DNA of 28,975 nucleotides from assembly GCA_039586365.1 (NCBI GenBank), contig JBDHKN010000109.1, forward strand, positions 1-28,975, given 5' to 3'. A model generated the notes under the pieces. It searched no databases. It saw only the letters and a list, made by a program, of their open reading frames with translations, and was not told the DNA's origin. This document shows, piece after piece, positions 1 to 9,863 of the stretch. The first letter of the stretch is position 1, and each line of letters opens with the position of its first letter. The position numbers and the translations under genes are program-made. This DNA comes from Gemmatimonadota bacterium (GTDB lineage Bacteria; Gemmatimonadota; Gemmatimonadetes; Gemmatimonadales; GWC2-71-9).

Positions 1-412
1 CGCTGAGAGGGAGCGCTTGGATCCTCGTCCAGAGACGCGAATCCCGGCGCTCACCGCGCCGGCTTGGCTCAGAACTCGGGCTGGAGATCGGCCGGGGTTT
101 CGCCCACGGCAGCCCGCAACGCGGCGAGAGCCTCCCGCTCGGCCAACTAGGCGTCCCAGTACTCCAGCTCTGCAGCCTTGGAGCCGGCCCCAAAGCAGTG
201 CCGTCGGCAGATCCATGTGGCCGGCCACGGAGGCCGTCTCCAGTAGGCCTTGGTCTGAAGCCATGCGGCTAGCGCTGCAGAGGGTGGCTGAATTCGTGGC
301 GGCGTCGGGCGAGGGCCGTGTCTCGGATGCGTCGTAGGGTCGTTTCATACTATAGGGCTCTCGAAACCGTTCCGCCAACTCCCAGCCAACCGCTGTCGGC
401 CTGCCTTCTTAC

Positions 413-1114
413 TCAGCCCGCCTGCCAAATGTTCATGAACCTCGCGGCCAGCTCGGGGCCCGCTCCCTCGTCTTCGTGCTTGAAGAATACGAACACGCTG
501 GACCAGGGCTGCTCCCGCAGCCGGTCACACCAGCCCGCGAGGTCGCCGTCACTGTACTCCTTGCGCCTCAATCGCACGTAGCCCCAGTCCGCCGTCGCGA
601 CCAGAGGGGGAGAGCTCTCAGTGGCGTCAGTATTGACCAGAGCAACATTGTGGTCGCGCAGCAGCCCATAGACTGCGTCGTCGAACCACGACTCGTTGCG
701 GAATTCCATGGCGGTCCGTGCACCACTCGGCACCAACTGGAGAAAATCTGCCAGACGGTCCAGGTCTCGCTTCAGGTTGGGAGGCAACTGAACCAGCAGC
801 GGTCCAAGTTTCTCTCCCAACGTTGCCACCGTACGGAGCAGGTAGGACATCTCCTCCGCCACATTCTTGAGGCGCTTGATATGCGTGATCTTGCGCGACG
901 TCTTGAGGACGAAGGCGAATTCGGCCGGTACTTGCTGCGACCACTGGACCAGCATCTTCTCGGTCGGCATGCGGTAGAAGGTACTGTTGATTTCCACGGT
1001 GCTGAGATGCCGGGCATAGTAGGAGAGCATAGCGTCCGCCGCCATGTCGTCCGGATAGAACTTGCCCTTCCATTCCTTGTAGGAATAGCCACTAGTGCCT
1101 ACGTAAGTTTGCAT
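413..1114 (-). CDS. DUF72 (YecE/YunF-like) family protein
   Basis: Motifs YVGTSGYSY, TVEINSTFY, LGPLLVQLPP, MEFRNESW, YVRLR. Start placed at ATG 1114 with GAGGG upstream; the longer 1267 start reads as non-coding-like. Confidence 0.9.
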   Translation of the reverse strand: MQTYVGTSGYSYKEWKGKFYPDDMAADAMLSYYARHLSTVEINSTFYRMPTEKMLVQWSQQVPAEFAFVLKTSRKITHIKRLKNVAEEMSYLLRTVATLGEKLGPLLVQLPPNLKRDLDRLADFLQLVPSGARTAMEFRNESWFDDAVYGLLRDHNVALVNTDATESSPPLVATADWGYVRLRRKEYSDGDLAGWCDRLREQPWSSVFVFFKHEDEGAGPELAARFMNIWQAG

Positions 1115-1265
1115 GCGGTCCCTCAGCCATGAGGATTGGTGGCGCCCGTGAGCGCGACCTCGACTGTGACAGTAACAACGAGTGCAGTCACGCGTCTGGC
1201 CGCTGACTCGGGCGAGCAGTAGATTATCGCCGACCACCGAGCATTTGGCGAACCGGAGCTGACAC

Positions 1266-1664
1266 ATGAGACGAATCGCCGTGACGCTGGCGGCCGGCCT
1301 CGCGCTGGCAGCGTGCGCCCGACCGAGTAACGACGTCGCGCCGCCACCTGCACCACCTCAACCCGCAGCCGCACCGACACTCGACCCGGTAGGGGTGTAC
1401 GACTTCAGCACCGAAGTTGACGGCCAACCAGTCAGCGGCGTGCTGTCGATCTCGGGTTCACCCGGCGCCTACACCGCCACCATGAGCAGTGATATCGGGA
1501 ACATCGGGGTTCGAAACATTGCCGTGGAAGGTATGAGACTGAGTTTCATCGGAGACCATCCCGACGCCACGGTATTCATTGAACTCGTGTTCTCGGGCGA
1601 TTCGTTCAGCGGCGAGTGGGACGCCGGCGACACCTTCGGCTACCTATCAGGTTCCCGGCGCTGA
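1266..1664 (+). CDS. Hypothetical lipoprotein with small beta-rich domain
   Basis: GGAG upstream of ATG; signal peptide [17 protein letters not shown] with lipobox LAAC; Pro/Ala linker then beta-strand pattern. Overlaps the convergent yyaL end by 18 nt. Confidence 0.8.
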   Translation: MRRIAVTLAAGLALAACARPSNDVAPPPAPPQPAAAPTLDPVGVYDFSTEVDGQPVSGVLSISGSPGAYTATMSSDIGNIGVRNIAVEGMRLSFIGDHPDATVFIELVFSGDSFSGEWDAGDTFGYLSGSRR

Positions 1665-3731
1665 CGACTGCTCCAGCGCCGCCGCTACCTGCTGTGGCTC
1701 GGTGACCGGGGCCTGGCACGCGAAATTGCGGCACACATAGAGTGCGGCTTTGCCTCCCACCAGCGTCTTGTTCTCGAGCAGCGGTGGAACTCGACCGGTG
1801 CCGGTGGGATCACCCAACACCTCGATGCGCCGCGGCAAGTAGTGTCTAACCACCTCGCGGCGCAGCTGCTCCAGGTCGGCTGAGCCGGGTCGTCCCACGA
1901 GCGCCAGCTCAACGGGACCCTCGAGCAGGAGATCCGCTACCATCAGACTCTTGGCGAAGCCGCGGGGGAAGCGGGCTATCAGGCTGCCATACGACTCGAT
2001 GCTGCGCCGGGCCGCTGTTCGAAAATCGTTCCGCGCCAGGTGATAGGACGCCCGGGCGAGCGCATTGGCGGCCACCGCATTGGGTGCGGGAGTAGCCCCA
2101 TCGGCTCCATCCCTGTAGCGCATCAGCAACGTCTCATGATCGCGCGAGGTACTGTAGCAGGCACCCGTTTCGGGGTCGACGAAGTCAGCCACGACGAGCT
2201 CGAGCAGTCGTTCCGCCCGCCACAGATATTCCCACTGGCCACCTGCCTCGAACAGATCGATCAGCGCTTCGGACAGATATGCGTAGTCGGCGAGGTAGCC
2301 GTCGAGTCTGGCCTGGCCGGCGCGGTAGGTGCGGAGCAGACCACCATCAGCACGCGTGAGCGTGCCAAGCACGAAATCCGCCGCTCTCGTTGCTGCGAGC
2401 AAATAGCGGCGGTCGCCGAGCGTGCGGTATCCTGCGGCCAGGGCGCTGATCATGAGTCCGTTCCATGATGTCAGCACTTTGTCATCGAGACTGGGAGCAA
2501 CCCGCTCCAGTCTGGCAGCGTACACCTTGCGGCGTGCTGCGTCCCGGGCCGTGAGCAATTCTGCGAGCGGCATCCCCAACTCCGCAGCAACTTGGCTGGG
2601 ATCACGCGGGACGTTCAGGACATTCTTCCCCTCCCAGTTGCCGGCCGGTGTTATGTCGTAGTAGGTGCAGAATATGCGGGCAGCATCCCTATCGAGCACA
2701 GCTGCAATCTCATCTGGCGTCCAGATGAAGAACTTGCCCTCCTCACCCTCCGAGTCGGCATCCGTGGAAGAATAGAAACCGCCGGCCGGATCGGTCATCT
2801 CACGCAGCACGTAGTCGAGCGTCTCTTCAGCGACACGACGATAGTCCGGTCTCTGAGTGACCTGGTACGCCTCGAGATACGCTCCGCTCAGCAGCGCGTT
2901 GTCATACAGCATCTTCTCGAAGTGGGGTACCAGCCACTGCCGATCTGTCGAGTAGCGTGCAAAACCGCCGGCCACGTGGTCGTAGATGCCTCCCTGCCCC
3001 ATTCGGTCCAGCGTCTTGCACACCATGTCCAAGGCCCTGGAGTCGCCGAGGCGGTCGTGCAGCCGCAGCAGCAGAGAGAGACCAGTAGCCGGCGGGAACT
3101 TGGGTGCCGACCCGAAACCCCCATACACAGAGTCGAAGCTCCCCCAATACTGGTCCACCGCGCGCTCCAATTCGGCCTCCCCCACCGACATTGCCGGACC
3201 GATCTCGGCCGTCTGATTCCGCAGGTGAGCCGCGATCCGCTGCGCCTGCACGCGTACGCTGTCTCGCTTCTCACCCCACGCCGCGGCAATCGCGTTCAGC
3301 ACGGTAGGGAACCCCGGACGCCCATATGCGTCACCGGCCGGAAAGTACGTGCCGGCAAAGACAGGCTCCAAGTCGGGAGTCAGGAAGACGGTCATCGGCC
3401 AGCCACCCTGGCCCTGATTCAGGGCCATCGTCGCCGCCATGTAGATCTCGTCCAGATCCGGGCGTTCTTCTCTGTCGACCTTGATGTTCACGAAATGCCG
3501 GTTCATGATCGCGGCGATCTCGTCATCTTCGAAAGACTCCCGCTCCATGACGTGGCACCAGTGACACGCGGCATAGCCGATCGACAGGAGTATCAGACGA
3601 TCTTCCCGCCGGGCTCGATCCAGTGCTTCGTTACCCCAGGGATACCAGTCGACCGGATTGTGGGCGTGTTGCAGGAGATACGGGCTCGTCTCTCCAATCA
3701 AGCGATTGGTGTGCACGGGACGCTCGGTCAA
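1647..3731 (-). CDS. yyaL: Thioredoxin-domain / six-hairpin glycosidase-like protein (YyaL/SPATA20, DUF255)
   Basis: [61 protein letters not shown]. Confidence 0.93.
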   Translation of the reverse strand: MTERPVHTNRLIGETSPYLLQHAHNPVDWYPWGNEALDRARREDRLILLSIGYAACHWCHVMERESFEDDEIAAIMNRHFVNIKVDREERPDLDEIYMAATMALNQGQGGWPMTVFLTPDLEPVFAGTYFPAGDAYGRPGFPTVLNAIAAAWGEKRDSVRVQAQRIAAHLRNQTAEIGPAMSVGEAELERAVDQYWGSFDSVYGGFGSAPKFPPATGLSLLLRLHDRLGDSRALDMVCKTLDRMGQGGIYDHVAGGFARYSTDRQWLVPHFEKMLYDNALLSGAYLEAYQVTQRPDYRRVAEETLDYVLREMTDPAGGFYSSTDADSEGEEGKFFIWTPDEIAAVLDRDAARIFCTYYDITPAGNWEGKNVLNVPRDPSQVAAELGMPLAELLTARDAARRKVYAARLERVAPSLDDKVLTSWNGLMISALAAGYRTLGDRRYLLAATRAADFVLGTLTRADGGLLRTYRAGQARLDGYLADYAYLSEALIDLFEAGGQWEYLWRAERLLELVVADFVDPETGACYSTSRDHETLLMRYRDGADGATPAPNAVAANALARASYHLARNDFRTAARRSIESYGSLIARFPRGFAKSLMVADLLLEGPVELALVGRPGSADLEQLRREVVRHYLPRRIEVLGDPTGTGRVPPLLENKTLVGGKAALYVCRNFACQAPVTEPQQVAAALEQSSAPGT

Positions 3732-3759
3732 GCTACATCGTCCTACAGACTGCTTGACT

Positions 3760-4539
3760 TCACCACTTGAGACCGACTCGCGCAGCTGCGATTTTGAGTC
3801 CGAGCAGAGTCAGATGGGGTTCGTGGGCCTCTATCTCTTGGCTCAGCGGTACGATCTTGTCCGCCAGGCCACCGGTTGCCACCACGTAGGGGACCCCTCC
3901 GTCGGGCCACTCGGCCTTGATCCGCCGCACGATTCCATCCACCGCTTCTGCGGTGCCGAACAGCACGCCGGCTTTGATGCAGTCTTCCGTACGTCGGCCG
4001 ATAATGTGACTGGGCGGCTCGAGCTCGGTCGCCGGCAGTTTCGCCGCCCGCTGACTCAACTCCTCAGCGGCTGACTGGAGACCGGGAGCTATCACGCCGC
4101 CCAAGAATCGGCCCTCTGCGGTGATGCAGTCGAAGGTAGTGGCGGTGCCGAAGTCGACTACCACGGTGTCCCGCCGGTACAACTCGGCGGCCGCGAGCGT
4201 GTTTACTATCCTGTCAGCTCCTACCTGCTTGGGTTCTTCCACGTCGAGCACAACAGGCAACGGTGTAGAGGAATCGATCAGAACCGGTCTGATCCCGATG
4301 GCAGTCTCCACACCCTGACACAGGTTCTCAGTCACCGACGGAGCAACCGAGGCAGCAATCGCGGCGCCTATCTCATTGGTGGAGTGACCAGCGTGACTCA
4401 AATAGGAAGTGAGCGTGGCGGCCCACTCGTCGGAGGTTCGCCGTGCCAAGGTGGTGAGCCGCCAGTCGGCACTCAGTTGATCCCCGGCGAAGAGACCCAC
4501 CGTGATCTCGGTATTGCCGACATCAACTACCAGCAGCAT
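3760..4539 (-). CDS. coaX: Type III pantothenate kinase
   Basis: [35 protein letters not shown]. Confidence 0.96.
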   Translation of the reverse strand: MLLVVDVGNTEITVGLFAGDQLSADWRLTTLARRTSDEWAATLTSYLSHAGHSTNEIGAAIAASVAPSVTENLCQGVETAIGIRPVLIDSSTPLPVVLDVEEPKQVGADRIVNTLAAAELYRRDTVVVDFGTATTFDCITAEGRFLGGVIAPGLQSAAEELSQRAAKLPATELEPPSHIIGRRTEDCIKAGVLFGTAEAVDGIVRRIKAEWPDGGVPYVVATGGLADKIVPLSQEIEAHEPHLTLLGLKIAAARVGLKW

Positions 4540-5551
4540 CGGGCCGACCCTCGCCAGGTATCCGCTCCACGAGGCCCTTCTCTCTGGCCACCCAGTAGCA
4601 CAGCAGACCGGCGATGAGCAGCGTCACGAACCAGACGGATGGTGGCACGCCTGCCTCGTCAGCCGCGCCGGCGGCAACCGGACGCGCCAGTTCGACCGCC
4701 CAATAGCTGGCCGCAAATGCGGCATTGTATGCAGCCGACACCAGCAGCGAGCAGGACAATACGAAGAGACATCCCGCTGTCACGGCAGCTACACCGCTCA
4801 AGAGTGCGCCCGCCGTTCCGGTGACGCCAGCCCGGGCAAGTATGACGTACCAGGCTGTTGCGGCCACCCCGGCGGCCAGCACCGTGAGTAGGCCAGAGTT
4901 CCCGGAGCAGCCAATGAACAGGCGACGGAAGGCAACTTCTTCAGTGATGAGCTTCGAGGTTACACCGATCGCGAACAGGAACAAGAAAGACGGTAAAGCG
5001 GCGGCCCGACACGTCAGCAACTCACTCTCGGTCACGCTGGATTGTCCCAGCGTGACCAAGCAGAAACGCGCGCCGCTGGCGGAGGATGCCGCGGGGCTCG
5101 AAAACAGCAGGCCGATGATATGCGGCAGCAGGGCCAAGCCAAGCGCGATCGCGTACCACCTTACGTACGGTCGCTGTTTCACCATAGCGAAGCCGAACCC
5201 CAACAGCACCGTACCGGCCAGGACCAGAACGAACATCCCGACATCGGCGAAGTCCGTGAGTGCTTCGGAGGTCCCAAGTCGCGACAGTAGCAGCAGAGCT
5301 GCGAGCAGCAGCGCGACTGCCAGCACCGCCGGGATCGAGAATTTCCGGCGGTAGGGCCCTTCGGGCCAGATTCGACTGGGAAGATGCATCCCGCGCAGGA
5401 TCGAGAACGCGATCACCCCTACGCCAATCAACCCGACCGAGCTGCCGACGCTACTCGTCAATGCATCCGTGCTGAGGAGCCACCACGACGCAAACAAGAG
5501 CAACCCCGCCGCGACGCCACGAGCCCAAATCGGGAGTTCACTGGGTGACAA
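4523..5551 (-). CDS. Multi-pass membrane protein, degenerate CPBP/Abi (CAAX protease-like) family
   Basis: Many hydrophobic segments; EEVAFRR matches CPBP motif 1 (EExxxR). The expected His motifs are not seen. Overlaps both neighbours. Confidence 0.6.
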   Translation of the reverse strand: MSPSELPIWARGVAAGLLLFASWWLLSTDALTSSVGSSVGLIGVGVIAFSILRGMHLPSRIWPEGPYRRKFSIPAVLAVALLLAALLLLSRLGTSEALTDFADVGMFVLVLAGTVLLGFGFAMVKQRPYVRWYAIALGLALLPHIIGLLFSSPAASSASGARFCLVTLGQSSVTESELLTCRAAALPSFLFLFAIGVTSKLITEEVAFRRLFIGCSGNSGLLTVLAAGVAATAWYVILARAGVTGTAGALLSGVAAVTAGCLFVLSCSLLVSAAYNAAFAASYWAVELARPVAAGAADEAGVPPSVWFVTLLIAGLLCYWVAREKGLVERIPGEGRPDAAGS

Positions 5552-6278
5552 CGCTACCTCCTACGACTCGCTGGACTCCACGATCAGTGTCCACCAGCAG
5601 TGCACCGTCCTCATCTATCCCGGCGGCCGTTCCGCTGATGGGATTGCGTAGGCGCCTGCCACGGAGCCAATCATGTCGCGAATACCACTCACGCTCGTTG
5701 CCGCTCATCTTGGGGGAATGCGACACTCGCTGGAGCCTGGGGACGAGCCGCTCCAACACCTCTATGCGAGTGATTCCGGGTTTCACGTCATGCAGCGTAG
5801 CGGCCTGTGCTCCGATCTCCAGTGGCAGTCTGCCGCTCACGTTGATGCCGATGCCAAGAGCTATCCATCGCATCCGGGAGCCCATCCAGCGGGCTTCGCT
5901 CAGCACTCCCGCCACCTTGCTTCCCTCGAGCATCACGTCGTTGGGCCACTTGAGGTGGCTGGCGATGCCGAGATCTTGCAGCGTGGCAACCAGCGCAAGG
6001 CCCACCCTGAGGGACAAGACGCCAGGTTCCAGCTGAGTCTCGGGACGTACCAGATAGCCGAGCCATATACCCGTTTGTGGTGGGCTGCTCCACCGCTTGC
6101 CGAAGCGGCCGCGGCCAGCCACCTGCTCGTCGGCCAGCACCACGCTTCCGTCTGGCGCTCCTTCAGCCGCGAGTTCATGTATGATGTCCAAGGTGCTCGT
6201 AACTCTGGCGAGACTCAGGCAACTGGGCGCCTTGAGCCGTGCGGCCAGTTCCGAGGGTTCCAAGCCGTCGTAGCTCAT
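5538..6278 (-). CDS. birA: Biotin--[acetyl-CoA-carboxylase] ligase (no N-terminal HTH)
   Basis: QVAGRGRFGKRW, LKWPND, KVAGVL, GIGIN. ATG 6278 overlaps the stop of the uppP C-terminal remnant (ATGA). Confidence 0.93.
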   Translation of the reverse strand: MSYDGLEPSELAARLKAPSCLSLARVTSTLDIIHELAAEGAPDGSVVLADEQVAGRGRFGKRWSSPPQTGIWLGYLVRPETQLEPGVLSLRVGLALVATLQDLGIASHLKWPNDVMLEGSKVAGVLSEARWMGSRMRWIALGIGINVSGRLPLEIGAQAATLHDVKPGITRIEVLERLVPRLQRVSHSPKMSGNEREWYSRHDWLRGRRLRNPISGTAAGIDEDGALLVDTDRGVQRVVGGSVVTQ

Positions 6279-6596
6279 CCGATTACCACCCACCCAAGCG
6301 TGATCAGACCCAACACCAGACAATACGGTGCAAACCGATGAAACCTACCTTGCCACAGCAGTCGAACCAACACACGGATAGCGAAGATACCGGACAGGAG
6401 AGCCGACGGAAATCCCCAGGAGCGGACCTGTGCCTATCGCTCCTGCGTCTAGAGTTGCATCGGGTAGCTGCAGCAAAGCCGCACCTAGAATCGCCGGGAT
6501 CGCTAGCAAGAACGAGCACTCTGCTGCAGGTTGTGCGTTTACTTTGACCCACATCGCGGCTGATATGGTGGAGCCGGAACGCGATACGCGGGGGAC
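6275..6596 (-). pseudogene. uppP: C-terminal fragment of undecaprenyl-diphosphate phosphatase (frameshifted)
   Basis: VPRVSRSGSTISAAMW...AAECSFLLAIPAILGA matches BacA PGxSRSG..T and SFLL.IP motifs. After a frameshift near 6407-6413 it continues SALLSGIFAIRVLVRLLWQGRFHRFAPYCLVLGLITLGWVVIG*. Confidence 0.88.
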
Positions 6597-6601
6597 GCTC
6601 C

Positions 6602-6741
6602 TCGCATTATCATGTCGTGATACTCCCAAAAACGGCCATCCTCGGCTGCCTTGACCGAATCAGGATGCGTGAAGCCATCACGGCTCCGCCTCCGAATCCA
6701 GCCACGGCCACGGCGGCAGTGAGCAAGTAGAATCTACGTAC
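6602..6741 (-). pseudogene. Internally deleted remnant of a DsbA-like thioredoxin-fold gene
   Basis: Manual translation: VRRFYLLTAAVAVAGFGGGAV (membrane-anchor-like, from 6741), then in another frame HPDSVKAAEDGRFWEYHDMIMR (6667-6602), resembling DsbA H.P.A..AA...QG[KR]FW.[YM]HD. No CxxC remains. Confidence 0.5.
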
Positions 6742-7028
6742 CGTAGCTTGTATGAAATCACCCTCCGGTCTGAACAGCGGTATCGAATCCTCCGGTCGGC
6801 AAGCAGTCCGCTTCGTCCCAATCTACTGCAAGGCAGGCCACACACACAGTTGCGGGTTCCGACGAAGCCCCCGCGATTGCGGTGCAGACGCTACCCACGA
6901 CGGCTACCCGCCGCAGCGATTCGAATGGGCGATCCGCAATCGACCCTGGAATCCTTGCGTCGGATTCTGTATTGTGCGGCTTCCGATTTCATGACCAAGA
7001 AGCCAGGGAAACAACCAGGGACACCCGC

Positions 7029-9515
7029 ATGGCAGCTGAGTACTCGGTGGATCTTTGCAAGAAGTTGGAGAAGCGCTTCGGCGGCCTGCAGCTGCACCGG
7101 CCGTTCCGCATCGAGCGCTATGATGCAGGCGACGAACTCGAATACGACGTTACGCCCACCGACGCACCGGGAACTTCATGCCGCGTCAGATTGGCGGTCG
7201 AGCAGTTTGTCGGAGGCGGGTTTGCCGGCCAGGTGTACAGAGTCCGGGTGAAAAGATCGACCGGCGCGATGGAAAGGGTGCTACCGACCGGTGGCGTGTT
7301 CGCACTCAAGATCCTCATTCCGCCGAGCGCGGGCTCGCGCTTGTTCAGGAACGTGCTGCACGTCATCGGCTTTCAGGGAGTTTTCCAGCTGCAGACAAAT
7401 CCGATTGCAGCCAGGGCCGGCGCGATCTGGCAGAAGTTCATAAGGCGGGGCGCGCGAATCCGGTTCGGTGACGAATCGTGCGTCAACGACGTGCACTGCA
7501 CGTTCGTCGATCGAAGGCTCGGCAGTTGCGGCGAGATCAGCGACTGGATCGACGGCAGAGTCTGGCAGTTGGAGGTCGACGACCGCGTCGACCTCTTGAA
7601 ACGGTGGAGAAAGGGGAAGCCGGTCGATCCGACAAAGCTCGGGTCGCCGGAATACCGCGCCAAGCGGCAGTTCATGACCTCGTTTGTACGCCTGTTGAAC
7701 GACTTGGGGGCACACGAATTCGCCAGGCAATATGAATGGACGACATGTAAGAGCCAGCCCAACTGTCTCAAACGAACATCCACCGAGGGAAAAGCGGACG
7801 CGGGCCTGGTAGCCGTCGACTTCAGGGCCGGCCTGACTTTGCTGCCATTCCTCCCGATGAGTCCCGGCGACTTCCTGCTCATTCTCAAGGGCCTCGGTCG
7901 GGGTAGTCTGGTACAGTTCGATCGCGGCAGTTTGAAGAAACTCAGGGCCTTCGTGCAGGAACACGCCGCGGACTTCTCTGACATGACCGGCCTGCTTGCG
8001 GAACTCGAGCGGGCCGAGAGGGTGTACCGAGATTCCCTCATAGACGTCACCCACAATCACGTCAGGCTACTGTTCAGTCGGTCGTTGTGGAAGCAGATTC
8101 TTGCGAGCGCGGTTACGGGATGGCGCGTTCGCGGGCTCATCGACGACCGGCATGAGGCAACCCTTCGTGGCCGCACCCTGCCGGTGTTGCTGGTGCAGAC
8201 CGTAGGTCTGGTACCGTTTGCCGGAAGAGCACTGATCAAGACCTGGGGAGAGGCCAGCTACAGACGCCACTATCGCGCGTTAATCACGAGCCCAGGTTAC
8301 CTCGGAAGAGCCTTTGCGGGGAAGATGCTCGAGCGAGTAGTGGTCTGGCATCGAGCTGGGAGAATCGCGGAGCACAAGGCCGAGAAAGTGGCGAGCAGCG
8401 GGCTCTCCTTCTTTGGCCATGCGATCGCCTCGGTCCTTCCTCTGGGAATCCATAAGTGCCTGACCGACCGAATTTACCTCAGAGAACGCCTGTACCACCT
8501 CATCGTACGTCCGGTCAAGCTCTACTTCGACGCGGAGCTTCGTGAGGAGTGGCTGCGCGACATGGTGTCGGAGGGCCGCAAGAAGCGCATAATAAGCGAG
8601 GACGATTCCGCGACGATTCTGTCACGGATCAAGGAACCGTTCATCCAGAAGTACCTGAAGTCGCTTGCCGTACACGTCTGTACCTTGCCGGTAACACAGG
8701 TGGTCTCGGTCTTTGTCGCCGTGTTGTACGTGCTGCTCCACCCCGAGATGCCGCGTGCGCAGTCATGGACAATTGGATTGGGGATCATCGCGCTGTTTCA
8801 GGTCGTGCCCATATCTCCTGGCTCGCTGGTGCGAGGCTTCTACGTCGTGTACTTGGTTGTAAGAGACCGCAACTTCAAGGACTACAATATTGCGGTGTTC
8901 CTCGGGTTCTTCAAATACGTTGGATACCTGGCATTCCCGATTCAGATGGCGTACCGCTACCCCACTCTCGCCAGATTCATGGCGGCCCACTGGGCGACGG
9001 AGGCCGTTCGTATTGTGCCGGTGTTCGGCGAGAATGGCGCTCTGTTGGAACACAAGGTGTTTACGTGGTTCTACAACGTGCCGCTGACACTCCGCGGACG
9101 GATGCGGAGACGCGCGGATGCTCGTGCGGTCAAGGCGTCGCGACTGGTGCACGTTCTTCCACTGGCCGCCGGCGCCGCGGCAGCCCTGGCGACGGCTCAA
9201 CACTACTTCGGCCACTTCACCAGAGGCGTGCCCAGCCTTGCAAGCATCTGGTGGGCCATCCTGTTGGTCCCACTGCTGTTCGGATCGTTTGCGACTCTGA
9301 GCGCCGGTGGGGCTGACCTCGGCAAGCGCGTCATTGGAGCTGCGCTGTGCGGAGCAGCTACAGGCGTTCTCTTTTCGTTGGCATCGTTGAGTTTGGCGGG
9401 CTGGGTGGCGACGCCAGCCGGGATCCTGGCAGCGACTGTGTGGGTGGTATTCATCCTGACCGTACTCTCACCGATCGGCGCGATAGTCACTGAAGTGAGC
9501 CTGCCTGAACCCTAG
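7029..9515 (+). CDS. Uncharacterised protein-kinase-like (probable pseudokinase) domain fused to a multi-pass membrane domain, 828 aa
   Basis: Long intact ORF; ATG 7029 with AGGGA upstream. G-loop FVGGGFAGQVYRV, beta3 FALKIL, hinge SDWIDG, CKSQPNCL, AVDF; hydrophobic helices in the C-terminal part. Confidence 0.75.
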   Translation: MAAEYSVDLCKKLEKRFGGLQLHRPFRIERYDAGDELEYDVTPTDAPGTSCRVRLAVEQFVGGGFAGQVYRVRVKRSTGAMERVLPTGGVFALKILIPPSAGSRLFRNVLHVIGFQGVFQLQTNPIAARAGAIWQKFIRRGARIRFGDESCVNDVHCTFVDRRLGSCGEISDWIDGRVWQLEVDDRVDLLKRWRKGKPVDPTKLGSPEYRAKRQFMTSFVRLLNDLGAHEFARQYEWTTCKSQPNCLKRTSTEGKADAGLVAVDFRAGLTLLPFLPMSPGDFLLILKGLGRGSLVQFDRGSLKKLRAFVQEHAADFSDMTGLLAELERAERVYRDSLIDVTHNHVRLLFSRSLWKQILASAVTGWRVRGLIDDRHEATLRGRTLPVLLVQTVGLVPFAGRALIKTWGEASYRRHYRALITSPGYLGRAFAGKMLERVVVWHRAGRIAEHKAEKVASSGLSFFGHAIASVLPLGIHKCLTDRIYLRERLYHLIVRPVKLYFDAELREEWLRDMVSEGRKKRIISEDDSATILSRIKEPFIQKYLKSLAVHVCTLPVTQVVSVFVAVLYVLLHPEMPRAQSWTIGLGIIALFQVVPISPGSLVRGFYVVYLVVRDRNFKDYNIAVFLGFFKYVGYLAFPIQMAYRYPTLARFMAAHWATEAVRIVPVFGENGALLEHKVFTWFYNVPLTLRGRMRRRADARAVKASRLVHVLPLAAGAAAALATAQHYFGHFTRGVPSLASIWWAILLVPLLFGSFATLSAGGADLGKRVIGAALCGAATGVLFSLASLSLAGWVATPAGILAATVWVVFILTVLSPIGAIVTEVSLPEP

Positions 9516-9535
9516 CGCAGTTATCCCTCCCCGAT

Positions 9536-9863
9536 CTTCCAAGCACCCGTGCACCTACACTGCTTGCGTTGGGTGATCACGACCTGCACGGGCTCGAGAT
9601 CATGAACGAAGTATTGGATCCCACGGACGGAGACATGCACCTGTGGCCAGGACAGCTCTATGGATCCTTGAGGCAGCTCACCGATCTTGGCTTTGTCACG
9701 GAGGTCGAGCAGCCCCCCCGAGGCCGAGCACGGAGGTGGGCGTCCCCGGTACCACAGCATCACCGATGAAGGACGTCGTGTTCTGGCAGACGATGTCAGC
9801 CGACTGGCCCGGTCCGTGAAGGACGCCCGTTTGAAGAAACTCGTGAGCCGTTCGGAGGCGTGA
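9536..9863 (+). pseudogene. PadR-family transcriptional regulator (5' truncated, frameshifted)
   Basis: LLALGDHDLHGLEIMNEV...LWPGQLYGSLRQL...GFVTEV. Removing one C from the C7 run at 9713-9719 gives GRPRYHSITDEGRRVLADDVSRL...SEA*. In-frame TGA at 9506 and no ATG before the domain. Confidence 0.85.

Noticed and set aside
17..337. 106-aa plus-strand ORF and the open minus frame from ATG 348
   Set aside because: Low-complexity Pro/Arg- or Gly/Arg-rich translations with no recognisable motif or clear RBS.
1163..1173. Inverted repeat ACTGT-G-ACAGT between the divergent DUF72 and lipoprotein genes
   Set aside because: Too short to distinguish from chance.
2592..3770. Long antisense ORFs (e.g. 2592-3770, 12441-13262, 19585-20532, 25035-25868)
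   Set aside because: Shadow ORFs opposite well-supported genes, expected in GC-rich coding DNA.
6655..6800. CRISPR-like or tandem array suggested by GAATC at ~36-37 nt spacing
   Set aside because: Identity does not extend beyond 5-7 nt and the spacing is not maintained; no cas genes.
6882..7028. Extended N-terminus of the 877-aa ORF
   Set aside because: The first 49 codons look non-coding; ATG 7029 has a purine-rich RBS.
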